This document shows, in pieces, positions 1-8,327 of a stretch of DNA of 52,421 bases. Position 1 is the first letter of the stretch, and every line of letters starts with the position of its first letter. Source of the stretch: Gammaproteobacteria bacterium (GTDB taxonomy: Bacteria; Pseudomonadota; Gammaproteobacteria; SZUA-229); the NCBI GenBank assembly GCA_015488295.1, contig WFOC01000003.1:1-52421 (forward strand). Reading direction: 5' to 3'. The notes under the pieces are model-generated. The model did no database searches. It saw only the letters and a list, made by a program, of their open reading frames with translations, and was not told where the DNA came from. Made by a program: the position numbers and the translations under genes.

Positions 1-2
1 TT

Positions 3-119
3 ACTTTCCGCAATGATGCAGTAAAGAAACTCAATAAAGAATTTTCAAGGTTATTTTTAGTTTTTTCTAATTATTCGGACTTATCTTTGGTCTGGCAAAT
101 GCAATTTGACATAAACTAA
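3..119 (+). CDS. possible 3' end of a convergent gene running in from outside the window
   Basis: Stop-free frame from 3 to TAA at 117-119 (...RLFLVFSNYSDLSLVWQMQFDIN*); no family recognisable. Confidence 0.25.
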   Translation, partial: TFRNDAVKKLNKEFSRLFLVFSNYSDLSLVWQMQFDIN

Positions 120-128
120 CTTAAAAAT

Positions 129-2495
129 TTAAAAAACACTAGATTTAGAGTTAATCAAATCAGGCATAATACCTAAAAAATCAGGGTCATACTCATAAGT
201 ATCTGTCCATGAAAAAATATTGTCTTGAAAACAATTTACAATAGGATTCAATTTTAGCTTGTCTATTTTTTGCATCCAAAGTTGTACAGAGTTATTTTGT
301 AAATCCTGCCAATCAACTGGGAACCCATGTTCAAGTTTTTCTACTAATTTAACATCAACAATAACCATCGCTGTATCAGAATCAATAATACGATATTTTG
401 TTGACACCTCCTGAAAGCCTTGTTTTTGTTCTTCTAACAGTAATAGCTCTGATTTAATCTTTTTATCTGGAAACCGAGAAAGCTCTTTGCGAATAGCTTT
501 ACTACAAAGCTCGCTGCCATCTATTTTGTCGCCAATAATTTCCGACCACATGTTATTTAAAATATCAGATGACTCTTTAAAGCCTGGATGATGGTTAAGA
601 CTTTCTTCAGCAAAAACAGAAAAGTCAAACAATCGACCAAAAGTTCGCCTTCCGTGACGATTTATTCGCCCTGACACTTGCAAAAAACTGGTTACTGAAC
701 AGGTTTCTCGAAAGCCAATGGCAAAATCCAAATCGACACCGGCCTCAACACAACTAGTAGCAACCAAATACCACGGACGGTGTTTCCAGTCGCTATCACC
801 TTGTCTATGGATCACCTCGCTCAGCATTCTATCTCGATCTTTGGGTGCCAAAGCGGTCGATAGATGCAAAACAACTTTATTGGATAATTCATTTTTTTTG
901 TCATCTAAGCTTTTGGCCAGCGCATCCGCAATGACTGCTGCTGATTGCACTGTATTTAAAATCACCAAGCACGATGGCTTGTCCTGATTAACAAGTTCAC
1001 CCCATATTTCATCCGATTGTATATGTGCAAGCAGATCATCACGTTTTAATGCATTTTCAATTCGGTCAAAAATAACCCGGCGACCTTCTGCATGTTGTGT
1101 TTTTTCTTTTAATGACTCAGATAACAAGTCAGGTAAAGTGCGAGTATCTTCTTCACTAACAAGATATTTGTCTTTCCAAAACTGAACCATCGAACCTGAT
1201 GAAAAAACTAAGTTGCATCGCCATGTATCGGCCAGCTGTTTCATCCAATACCAACTGATATTCAATAATTCGGAAGGCAAACAAGCATGAGATTCATCGA
1301 TAAAAATTGCCGCGCCTACCACATTATGTAACTTACGAAGTTTAGATGGATTAGAGGCTGCGAATGTTTCAAAAAACTGTACTGCTGTTGTGACTATGAT
1401 TGGTGCTTGCCAACTGGCTGCATATTGGCGCATATCCTTGTTACTAAACTCTGCTTTGTGATGATGTGCAACAACAACAGATGCGGCATTTTCACCGTCT
1501 AATACAACTGCCTTGCGTAAAACCTTAACCGTCTGATCAATGATATTAGAAAAAGGTGCAATAACAAATATTCGACTGGCATCATCTCTAATGGCACAAC
1601 GAAGTAAATAAGCCATAACCGAGGTTGTTTTACCCAAACCCACAGGGGCTGTGCAGGCGACCAAACGAGAATCATGCAATTCACCGTCAAAGCAGCATCG
1701 ATAAAATTCACTTCGCATTTGATTGCGATCACTATAAGGGTCACTGCTAGAAACAACCACCTTTTTGATATAGTTATCTAAAGCAACTAATCGTTGTTGC
1801 CAGCGCGTATTAGCAGGTTTAAAGCATGTCATCGGCTTACCCTGACTATAATAAGCCGCACTGCTATGATCTGCATCGACCAGAGTAGACAACATCAAGC
1901 GTGGCATTAAGCTAGTAGATGGCAGTTTCAAACTGAGCTCAGGCCACTGGCCACAAGATTTTATCTGCCGTTCTTTATAAACCTCTATTCTTTCATTCGT
2001 AGTGTCTATTATAATTTTGTGCTTATCAAAATCTGCCGTGAGTTTGTCTCGGTGATGACGTCCACCCCGTAGACTATAAGGTGACAAAGTTAGCTGGAAC
2101 TTCTGCCTTAACTGCTTAATAAAATACTTCTCTGTTTTTTTACTTGGCAAACCCGGCGCATGATGTCCACGAATTAGCCAGCCCAGCAGTTCATTTTTCA
2201 TCTCATCAGCAACGGCAACACCCGCTTCGATATGATCGACAGGCAAGCTGCCTGACTCTTCACCGCGAAATATTTGTTGAATAGACTCATCCAACTTGCC
2301 CATATCATGCAACATCAACGCTGCTTTAAAGGTTTGACGTAGATCAGTTTTCTCAGCGTCAGCTAATTTGGAAAATGACAAAAGATAATCAAATAAACCA
2401 AGCCCATAATCCAGCATCTCACTAATATGATCAGCATATCGGTGTGCTTCCCTCTCAGGATTTTCTTTAGGGGGCGTATGAGCAATATATTCCAT
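129..2495 (-). CDS. cas3: CRISPR-associated HD nuclease/SF2 helicase Cas3
   Basis: N-terminal IAH, HD motif LHDMGK, GHH, LVDADH; Walker A APVGLGKT, motif II IDESH, VEAGVDLDF, motif VI QVSGRINRHG; abuts cas7. Confidence 0.95.
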   Translation of the reverse strand: MEYIAHTPPKENPEREAHRYADHISEMLDYGLGLFDYLLSFSKLADAEKTDLRQTFKAALMLHDMGKLDESIQQIFRGEESGSLPVDHIEAGVAVADEMKNELLGWLIRGHHAPGLPSKKTEKYFIKQLRQKFQLTLSPYSLRGGRHHRDKLTADFDKHKIIIDTTNERIEVYKERQIKSCGQWPELSLKLPSTSLMPRLMLSTLVDADHSSAAYYSQGKPMTCFKPANTRWQQRLVALDNYIKKVVVSSSDPYSDRNQMRSEFYRCCFDGELHDSRLVACTAPVGLGKTTSVMAYLLRCAIRDDASRIFVIAPFSNIIDQTVKVLRKAVVLDGENAASVVVAHHHKAEFSNKDMRQYAASWQAPIIVTTAVQFFETFAASNPSKLRKLHNVVGAAIFIDESHACLPSELLNISWYWMKQLADTWRCNLVFSSGSMVQFWKDKYLVSEEDTRTLPDLLSESLKEKTQHAEGRRVIFDRIENALKRDDLLAHIQSDEIWGELVNQDKPSCLVILNTVQSAAVIADALAKSLDDKKNELSNKVVLHLSTALAPKDRDRMLSEVIHRQGDSDWKHRPWYLVATSCVEAGVDLDFAIGFRETCSVTSFLQVSGRINRHGRRTFGRLFDFSVFAEESLNHHPGFKESSDILNNMWSEIIGDKIDGSELCSKAIRKELSRFPDKKIKSELLLLEEQKQGFQEVSTKYRIIDSDTAMVIVDVKLVEKLEHGFPVDWQDLQNNSVQLWMQKIDKLKLNPIVNCFQDNIFSWTDTYEYDPDFLGIMPDLINSKSSVF

Positions 2496-3397
2496 TAGCC
2501 ATCCACTAAATCACGCACATCTTTAAATCGATCTAGTAAATCACCCAAACCATCTTTCTCAGGAATATCGTAATCATTAGCTGATGCAGACTTTTTTACG
2601 CCTGATTTTAATTTAGGCATTAATGCATTGATAAATAAATGTTCAGGACAAGAACCTAAGGTGTTTTTATGTTCCGCAAACCAGGCATGTAAAACCGAAA
2701 TTTGTGGTCGAATCGCAGAAGCTGTATGTTGATACACATAAGGCAGCATAAATTTCAGCAAATCCAAATCCTCGTTAGTTGCTCCCGTTTTTTTTGCAAT
2801 ACTCGGATTTACAAAAATAGGAATGCAATAGATACCATGCTGCACTACTCTAAATGCCAAAGGTGCCATTCCACGGTCTTTATCAGCTTCTACTCCTGAC
2901 TTATTAGTATTAGTCATTCGAACAACATCGATAGGAGCAATCGACATGCCAACGCCTATTTGTGTCGCACCAGTATTAATTAAATGATCATATCCACCTT
3001 CTGATTTTTTATTTTTTTGTTCTTTACTCAATTCAGAATCTTTTAACGACTCTAAAAAAGTATTACCAAACATACGAGCATCCCAATAAGTTTGCATAAA
3101 CTCAGATTTATCCATGGCCTTGATTACATCCCTATCGCGACCCCGATCTTCCAATATCTTAAATTGATTATGTGTATTTTCACCAAGACTGAGCTGCTGT
3201 TTAGCTACGGCAAAAACTTCAGAATCATCACTCACCAAGTCTCGCAACTTACGCTTTAGCGAAACAGGCGAGATCATTCCCAAACCATCTAGCTCACGAG
3301 TTCTAGGCTCTGATTCCATATCTGGATCGCCGTTCGGATTGGACATAGCGACATCTAAAACCAACAAACCAACATGGCGATTAAAAGGTGCATTCAT
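2495..3397 (-). CDS. cas7: type I-C (Csd2-like) Cascade backbone Cas7
   Basis: SNPNGDP, SPVSLKRKLRD and WDARMFG motifs typical of Cas7/Csd2/Csh2; 300 aa; 1-bp overlaps with both neighbours. Confidence 0.93.
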   Translation of the reverse strand: MNAPFNRHVGLLVLDVAMSNPNGDPDMESEPRTRELDGLGMISPVSLKRKLRDLVSDDSEVFAVAKQQLSLGENTHNQFKILEDRGRDRDVIKAMDKSEFMQTYWDARMFGNTFLESLKDSELSKEQKNKKSEGGYDHLINTGATQIGVGMSIAPIDVVRMTNTNKSGVEADKDRGMAPLAFRVVQHGIYCIPIFVNPSIAKKTGATNEDLDLLKFMLPYVYQHTASAIRPQISVLHAWFAEHKNTLGSCPEHLFINALMPKLKSGVKKSASANDYDIPEKDGLGDLLDRFKDVRDLVDG

Positions 3398-3816
3398 TAT
3401 TTTTCTCCCTGATTATTATTTGATATGTTTTTTTGTTCAAAAGGACGACCAGCTAAATAGCCCAGCATAAGTTCAGATTTGTAAGTATCAGATTTAACCA
3501 TCGAACTAGAGAAGAATTCATTTAATGACTTCGCTTGCTTGCTCATCCAAATTTGAGCAAAAATAGCTGCAGTTATAGCCTTATCCTCTGATCGAATATT
3601 TTTGGCCATCATTCGCTTAACCCAAGAATCATAAGGCCGTCTACGAGTAGCCATAAAGTCCATTGCTTTAACTGGGTTTTGCAAAGCCATTCCGTACACC
3701 TGATTACCAATTAAGGTATTGGGAATATCTCCTTTTCGCTCACTTTTGCAATAACCAATATGCAACTCATCCATAGCAGAACATAACTGCCCTAGCTGAA
3801 AAGCAAAATCATTCAT
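3397..3816 (-). CDS. cas11: Cas11 small subunit translated from an internal in-frame start in cas8c (139 aa)
   Basis: AAAGGAG-atctat-ATG in frame at 3816 (MNDFAFQLGQL...), as established for type I-C cas8c genes. Confidence 0.7.
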   Translation of the reverse strand: MNDFAFQLGQLCSAMDELHIGYCKSERKGDIPNTLIGNQVYGMALQNPVKAMDFMATRRRPYDSWVKRMMAKNIRSEDKAITAAIFAQIWMSKQAKSLNEFFSSSMVKSDTYKSELMLGYLAGRPFEQKNISNNNQGEK

Positions 3817-5505
3817 ATAGATCTCCTTTGTTCGTCCAATTTTGTATAAGAGCACAGACATCAATGTGACCGCACTCAAAGATTGTGTATTGTTTTTAGG
3901 ATGAGTTTTTATATGAGCCTTGGCTTGCAACACACTCTGCAACCGGCTTAAAGCACAATAATTCAATAGAGGCTGATATTGCTCAGCAATATGTTGCAAA
4001 CAACGCTTTGCCAAGGTTTGATTATTTTTTCCGAGAAATAATTTCATCACATCAGCAAAGCTGATGCTGGGTAGACTTGTTGATACCGTACCATCTCGAA
4101 TGTATTTTTGGCGTGACAGATACATTACCTGTTGGGGGCTAATAGCCCAAGGTGAGCACATCTTCTTTTCAGTATTGTGCATTTGTGCATACAGTTTAAA
4201 ACTGGGGGAATTTTGACAAGCTTGTTTCCATTGCTCAGCAGCCCGAACCAACTCCCTAACTTTCGCAGTTGTACGAAAGTTGATTTTACGGTTAGCCTTA
4301 TCCAAAACGATAATTTCAGCAAAATCGATTACCACATCGAGACTCAGATTCTTGCCTTTAAAAGTGGCTATCACCGACTCGGTTGCATCAAGATAATCAT
4401 CAAAATCATCAATTTCTGACTCACCTGTAATCAAAGGGGTAAGTGATAGATCCCAATCTTCCTTGCAATAGACCAACAACAAACTGGGAGATGCCCCTAT
4501 GTTTGAAGGTAGCTTTGACCAAATTTTATTTTTAAATTTTGCTGAATTAATAAAGGAGATACTGGCCGCCAGCTTCTGGCTAAGCTTATTGGAAACCGAA
4601 AAGGCCGCACCACCAGAGGCATTGTATCGTCTCACCGTAGGACCACTGGTAGTCGCATTTTTAGCAAACAAAGTAGTACTTCCTACAATATTCAATTTTT
4701 CTTTTGGAAATATATCGTAAACGACCCGCCCAACATCTCCCGTTAAAGCACATTCATCATTTCGGGTCTTTCTATTGGTCTTTGATTCTGCTGTGAACAA
4801 AGCCCTCGAAAGGCCAGCTACTTGATCTCTGGATGATGCATAGATATCAATATCACTCTCTGGAAAACAATCGAGCATTAATGTAATACGCTTGCCATCT
4901 TTAACTTCACCTTTAGGTGTCACATCATCACCAAACAGTAATGTACAAATATGCTTTAATGTAAATGCATCTGCCCCCTGAATAATCAATTCAATTAAAC
5001 GATTGGCGACTTGTTCAAGTATTTCTAGCCCTGTTTCCGTTTGACTGTATCGTTCAAACAGCTGATTAACAGCCTCACAACCATCAATGCCAGCCAACTG
5101 ATCTTTACGCGCTAATATCTGCTTTCGGTAACTTGGCCACATTTTGATGTGAGATAAATCAACTGAATACTGTTGTGACAAATTTTTAATTAATTTACGA
5201 TACTCATCTTCACTAGGCTTGCTGTTTTTTTCTTTCCAAGCAAGATAATCCATATGCCCTTTTGCTAACAAGGGATATACGACCTTAACCGCCGGAAACT
5301 GATTCTTATTACCATTACCCAGAGACCAACTGTCCTGAATCTGCTCTTTGGTCATTAGCTTAACTGAGGATACCTTACCATGCTCATCCAGCATCACCCG
5401 AAATGTTGTGCCCGTACCCGGTGACTGAATATCGTTATGCTTGATTGTCGGGGATTCACCAACGGCCTCCAACCCTCGGTAAATTGAATAGAATTCATTC
5501 AACAT
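3397..5505 (-). CDS. cas8c: divergent Cas8c/Csd1-like large subunit (about 702 aa)
   Basis: Lies between cas5 and cas7; CALTG motif and C-terminal AFQLGQL...LMLGY helical domain. Start moved to ATG 5505 (MLNEFY), overlapping the cas5 end by 11 bp. Confidence 0.8.
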   Translation of the reverse strand: MLNEFYSIYRGLEAVGESPTIKHNDIQSPGTGTTFRVMLDEHGKVSSVKLMTKEQIQDSWSLGNGNKNQFPAVKVVYPLLAKGHMDYLAWKEKNSKPSEDEYRKLIKNLSQQYSVDLSHIKMWPSYRKQILARKDQLAGIDGCEAVNQLFERYSQTETGLEILEQVANRLIELIIQGADAFTLKHICTLLFGDDVTPKGEVKDGKRITLMLDCFPESDIDIYASSRDQVAGLSRALFTAESKTNRKTRNDECALTGDVGRVVYDIFPKEKLNIVGSTTLFAKNATTSGPTVRRYNASGGAAFSVSNKLSQKLAASISFINSAKFKNKIWSKLPSNIGASPSLLLVYCKEDWDLSLTPLITGESEIDDFDDYLDATESVIATFKGKNLSLDVVIDFAEIIVLDKANRKINFRTTAKVRELVRAAEQWKQACQNSPSFKLYAQMHNTEKKMCSPWAISPQQVMYLSRQKYIRDGTVSTSLPSISFADVMKLFLGKNNQTLAKRCLQHIAEQYQPLLNYCALSRLQSVLQAKAHIKTHPKNNTQSLSAVTLMSVLLYKIGRTKEIYMNDFAFQLGQLCSAMDELHIGYCKSERKGDIPNTLIGNQVYGMALQNPVKAMDFMATRRRPYDSWVKRMMAKNIRSEDKAITAAIFAQIWMSKQAKSLNEFFSSSMVKSDTYKSELMLGYLAGRPFEQKNISNNNQGEK

Positions 5506-6151
5506 AGCAAAACACCCCCTTTTTAATCCATGCTTCTTCACCTTGCTGGAATCGTGGTTTGTATTGTCCATTTACCGCTTTATCAAAGACCTGATTAAGT
5601 ACCGACACCAAATCCAGACTGATTTTGGTATCAACCTCTGTTGCATCAGGATGAGTCTCATCATCACGAAGGGGTCCCCAATAGCTGGGGACAAACTCAT
5701 TCCAACCAAGTGCAGGCGTTTTATGACATTGGCCTTTTTTTAATCTACGTTTAAAAATTGCCTCCAGAGCATGACAAGGGTTATTTCCATGTTTTAGATG
5801 CTGACCACTGCCATTCTCCACAACCCCATAAATTCGATAACAAACATCAGACAGAATTAAACTCGAAAATTGGAAGTTGACCTTTTTCTTATCCTTCAAT
5901 GGACCACGATAATTATTGGTATACTTTTGAAAACTCACATCGCCGCCGCTGGCACCTTTTCTCTTGCAGATTTCCACCCTTGTGGGGCGAATCCATGCTT
6001 TTCCATCGTTAAAAAATGCGACCGACTCAAATATCCCTTTCACCGCAGACCATGTTGGCACGGGATAACTTGTAGGTGTTGCACCAGTGTCAGGGCGTGA
6101 CCACATGGCAAAAGGCCCTGATATTTCCATTGCTATTTCATATTTACTCAT
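5495..6151 (-). CDS. cas5: Cas5 (Cas5d-like, type I-C)
   Basis: EISGPFAMWSRP, SYPVPTWSAVKGIFES, LSDVCYRI and PALGWNEF motifs; GAGGA RBS upstream. Confidence 0.93.
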   Translation of the reverse strand: MSKYEIAMEISGPFAMWSRPDTGATPTSYPVPTWSAVKGIFESVAFFNDGKAWIRPTRVEICKRKGASGGDVSFQKYTNNYRGPLKDKKKVNFQFSSLILSDVCYRIYGVVENGSGQHLKHGNNPCHALEAIFKRRLKKGQCHKTPALGWNEFVPSYWGPLRDDETHPDATEVDTKISLDLVSVLNQVFDKAVNGQYKPRFQQGEEAWIKKGVFCYVE

Positions 6152-6189
6152 AATTTCCTCTTTTATGACTGTCGCACTATTAATTTTCT

Positions 6190-6597
6190 TTACAAACTCT
6201 CTTTGCTGGCAACAAATACTACTAACTCAACACAATAACACGGTCTTTTTTCAGGAATAAGCAGACTAATCTCACCCTCTAGTCCCACACCATCATCAAG
6301 CATCTGTGAAATACTCATATTAGCCATTCTCGGTATATATCCCAGCATATTCCCCTTCCAGTAAACCTCAACCGCACGTTTATCATATTTATTTTCTGAC
6401 GCGCGACACAGTTGTACTGTATCACCTATTTTTATATGGTTAAACAAATCCTCACCTTTGTAATACTGGAAGCCAGCGATGCTAGTTTGCAGCAGTTTGA
6501 CTGGTTTAGTCTGATTGATATTATTACTGCTGCTTGCTGGCAGGGCTGTGGTGCCTGCGATGCCTAGCAATGCCTGTAAGAAACCACGTCTTTTCAT
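6190..6597 (-). CDS. HIRAN-domain protein with twin-arginine (Tat)-like signal peptide (135 aa)
   Basis: IAGFQYY, L.R..ENKYDKRAVEVY, LGYIPR HIRAN motifs; N-terminus MKRRGFLQALLGIAGTTALPA; GAGG RBS 9 nt before ATG 6597. Confidence 0.85.
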   Translation of the reverse strand: MKRRGFLQALLGIAGTTALPASSSNNINQTKPVKLLQTSIAGFQYYKGEDLFNHIKIGDTVQLCRASENKYDKRAVEVYWKGNMLGYIPRMANMSISQMLDDGVGLEGEISLLIPEKRPCYCVELVVFVASKESL

Positions 6598-6630
6598 TTT
6601 TAGCTGCCTCATCAAAGTATCCTTGTTCTC

Positions 6631-6664
6631 ATTATCCTGAGGCGGTGGCTCATTTGGTGAGCCA
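6631..6664 (-). promoter_or_regulatory. putative WYL-regulator site (TGGCTCA-N5-TGAGCCA) plus -10 element of the HIRAN-cas operon
   Basis: Perfect 7-5-7 inverted repeat at 6646-6664; on minus strand TGAGCC-N10-GATAAT. Confidence 0.55.
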
Positions 6665-6691
6665 GTGGCTTTTATTTCCAAATACCGGGTA

Positions 6692-6709
6692 GCAACTATA
6701 TTTAGTTGC
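6692..6709. promoter_or_regulatory. putative HicB operator (GCAACTA-N4-TAGTTGC)
   Basis: Perfect 7-4-7 inverted repeat about 30 bp upstream of the hicA ATG. Confidence 0.55.
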
Positions 6710-6740
6710 ATATCAGAAAAATTTGATGACAATAATGTCT

Positions 6741-6985
6741 ATGAGCAAAAAGGATAAGTTAAAAAGGAAGTTATTAAGCGGGTCTGATTTTACCTGGCAA
6801 GAACTGTCATTTTACTAAAGTTTCTGGAATTTGAAGAGGTACAGGGCAGTGGGTCTCGCGTTAAGTTTGATGATGGCTTTGCAGATCATATGATTAATCT
6901 GCACCGGCCTCATCCTGACAATAATTTGAAACGATATGCGATTAAACAAGTCATCGCTAAGTTGAGTGAGGTTGATTTGTTATGA
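6741..6985 (+). pseudogene. hicA: HicA-family mRNA interferase toxin, frameshifted
   Basis: Frame 1 MSKKDKLKRKLLSGSDFTWQEL stops at TAA 6816-6818; shifted frame continues ILLKFLEFEEVQGSGSRVKF...LHRPHPDNNLKRYAIKQV...LL* with TGA overlapping the hicB ATG (ATGA). Confidence 0.85.
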
Positions 6986-7317
6986 AGTTTTTAAGATATA
7001 AAGGGTTTTATGGCTCTATAGAAGTAAGCCTGGAAGATGATTGTTTATTTGGAAAACTGGAGTTTATTGATCCACGGGTAAACTATGAAGCTGATACAGC
7101 ACATGGTCTCGAGCACGCCTTTAAAATGGCCGTTGATAATTATCTGGCCGACTGCCAGGCACTTGGTCAGGAACCTGCCAAGCCATATAAAGGCTCGTTT
7201 AATGTACGCATCGGTTCAGAGCTACATAAAAAAGCACTTATAGCGGCTAAAGAAAAAAGTATGAATTTAAATGAATTTGTCAGACAATCTATCCAGCATG
7301 CAATAACATCCTCCTGA
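6982..7317 (+). CDS. hicB: HicB-family antitoxin
   Basis: YKGFYGSIE, AVDNYLADC, P.KPYKGSFNVRIGSELH with C-terminal RHH-like segment. Confidence 0.92.
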   Translation: MKFLRYKGFYGSIEVSLEDDCLFGKLEFIDPRVNYEADTAHGLEHAFKMAVDNYLADCQALGQEPAKPYKGSFNVRIGSELHKKALIAAKEKSMNLNEFVRQSIQHAITSS

Positions 7318-7321
7318 CCTT

Positions 7322-8296
7322 TTATTGATAAAGCTGCGCCATACAGTAAATTTTTCTTTTTACCGCGTTACGCAAGCTGGCCGGTTTTATCACTTCGACA
7401 TCGCTGCCATATTTTAAAAGATCCATAATTAATTCAGTCGGGTTGCCGTAAGGTAGGCGCAGTTCGTAGTAGCCGTTATCTAACCATGTTGATTGTTGCT
7501 GTGGATGCCACTGTTCCTCCGCTACCCAGCGGGCGCGTTCTGGGGTGAAGTGTAAAACGGCGGTGTGTTTGGCTGCGCCGGAAAAAATGCCAAATGCCGA
7601 GGTAAAGTAGCTGTTAAGTTCGTCCTCACTGATGTGTCTGGCTTTTTGTTTTAATTGATGGGCGTATTCGATACGTTCGACAGCGAAGGTGCGAAATTCA
7701 TTTCTTAGATGACACCAGGCATCCAGATACCAGTTGTTGCGGTAATAAATAAGCCGCTGTGAAGAGATTGTGCGACTGACGGCTTCGGTATTTTGTCTAC
7801 CTCGATAACGGATCTTAAGTTGTTTTCGTTGCAACACGGCATTGGTAGTGTGGCGAAATATGGTGTTGTCAAAATGCCTGTTAGCAATAGAAAGGATGCG
7901 AATGCGCCTGCTTATTTCGTCACTGGATTGGCCGGTTTTTTCGAGCAGAGTTTCGATGCGTTTTCGCAATGGGTTAATTTGCTGACCATATACGCCGGGG
8001 TCAACGCGTTCGAGCAAGGTGTGTGAGGTGAGTAAAGCATGTAATTCGGAGGTATTGAACCAGAGACCGGGTAATTCATAAGGATGGTCGGCATATTGGC
8101 TCTGGTCATAGTAATAACCGTTTTTTTGTCGATCATATTTTATCGGCGCATCGAGATACAGACGCATTTTTGCAATCAAACGTTTAGCACTCGATGTTGC
8201 GCATTCAAGTTCTTCCATAATGCGAGTGAGTGGAACGGGATGTTTATGGCTGCTTAACAATCCATGCAGTGCGTAAAAACGGTCAAATCTTTCCAC
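7322..8296 (-). CDS. WYL-domain transcriptional regulator (wHTH-WYL-WCX, YafY/PafC-like)
   Basis: N-terminal HTH, NWYLDAWCHLRNEFRTFAVERI, C-terminal YGSDVEVIKPASLR; GTG start with GAGGT RBS. Confidence 0.95.
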   Translation of the reverse strand: MERFDRFYALHGLLSSHKHPVPLTRIMEELECATSSAKRLIAKMRLYLDAPIKYDRQKNGYYYDQSQYADHPYELPGLWFNTSELHALLTSHTLLERVDPGVYGQQINPLRKRIETLLEKTGQSSDEISRRIRILSIANRHFDNTIFRHTTNAVLQRKQLKIRYRGRQNTEAVSRTISSQRLIYYRNNWYLDAWCHLRNEFRTFAVERIEYAHQLKQKARHISEDELNSYFTSAFGIFSGAAKHTAVLHFTPERARWVAEEQWHPQQQSTWLDNGYYELRLPYGNPTELIMDLLKYGSDVEVIKPASLRNAVKRKIYCMAQLYQ

Positions 8297-8327
8297 GGCT
8301 ACCTCGTAAAACTGTCAGTGAATATCG

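Noticed and set aside
5506-5571. N-terminal 22-aa extension of the 724-aa cas8c ORF
   Set aside because: Lies wholly within cas5; ATG 5505 gives the usual short overlap and an ML-type Cas8c start.
6598-6732. Longer 180-aa version of the HIRAN ORF
   Set aside because: Extension runs through the promoter palindromes; ATG 6597 has an RBS and puts the RR motif at the N-terminus.
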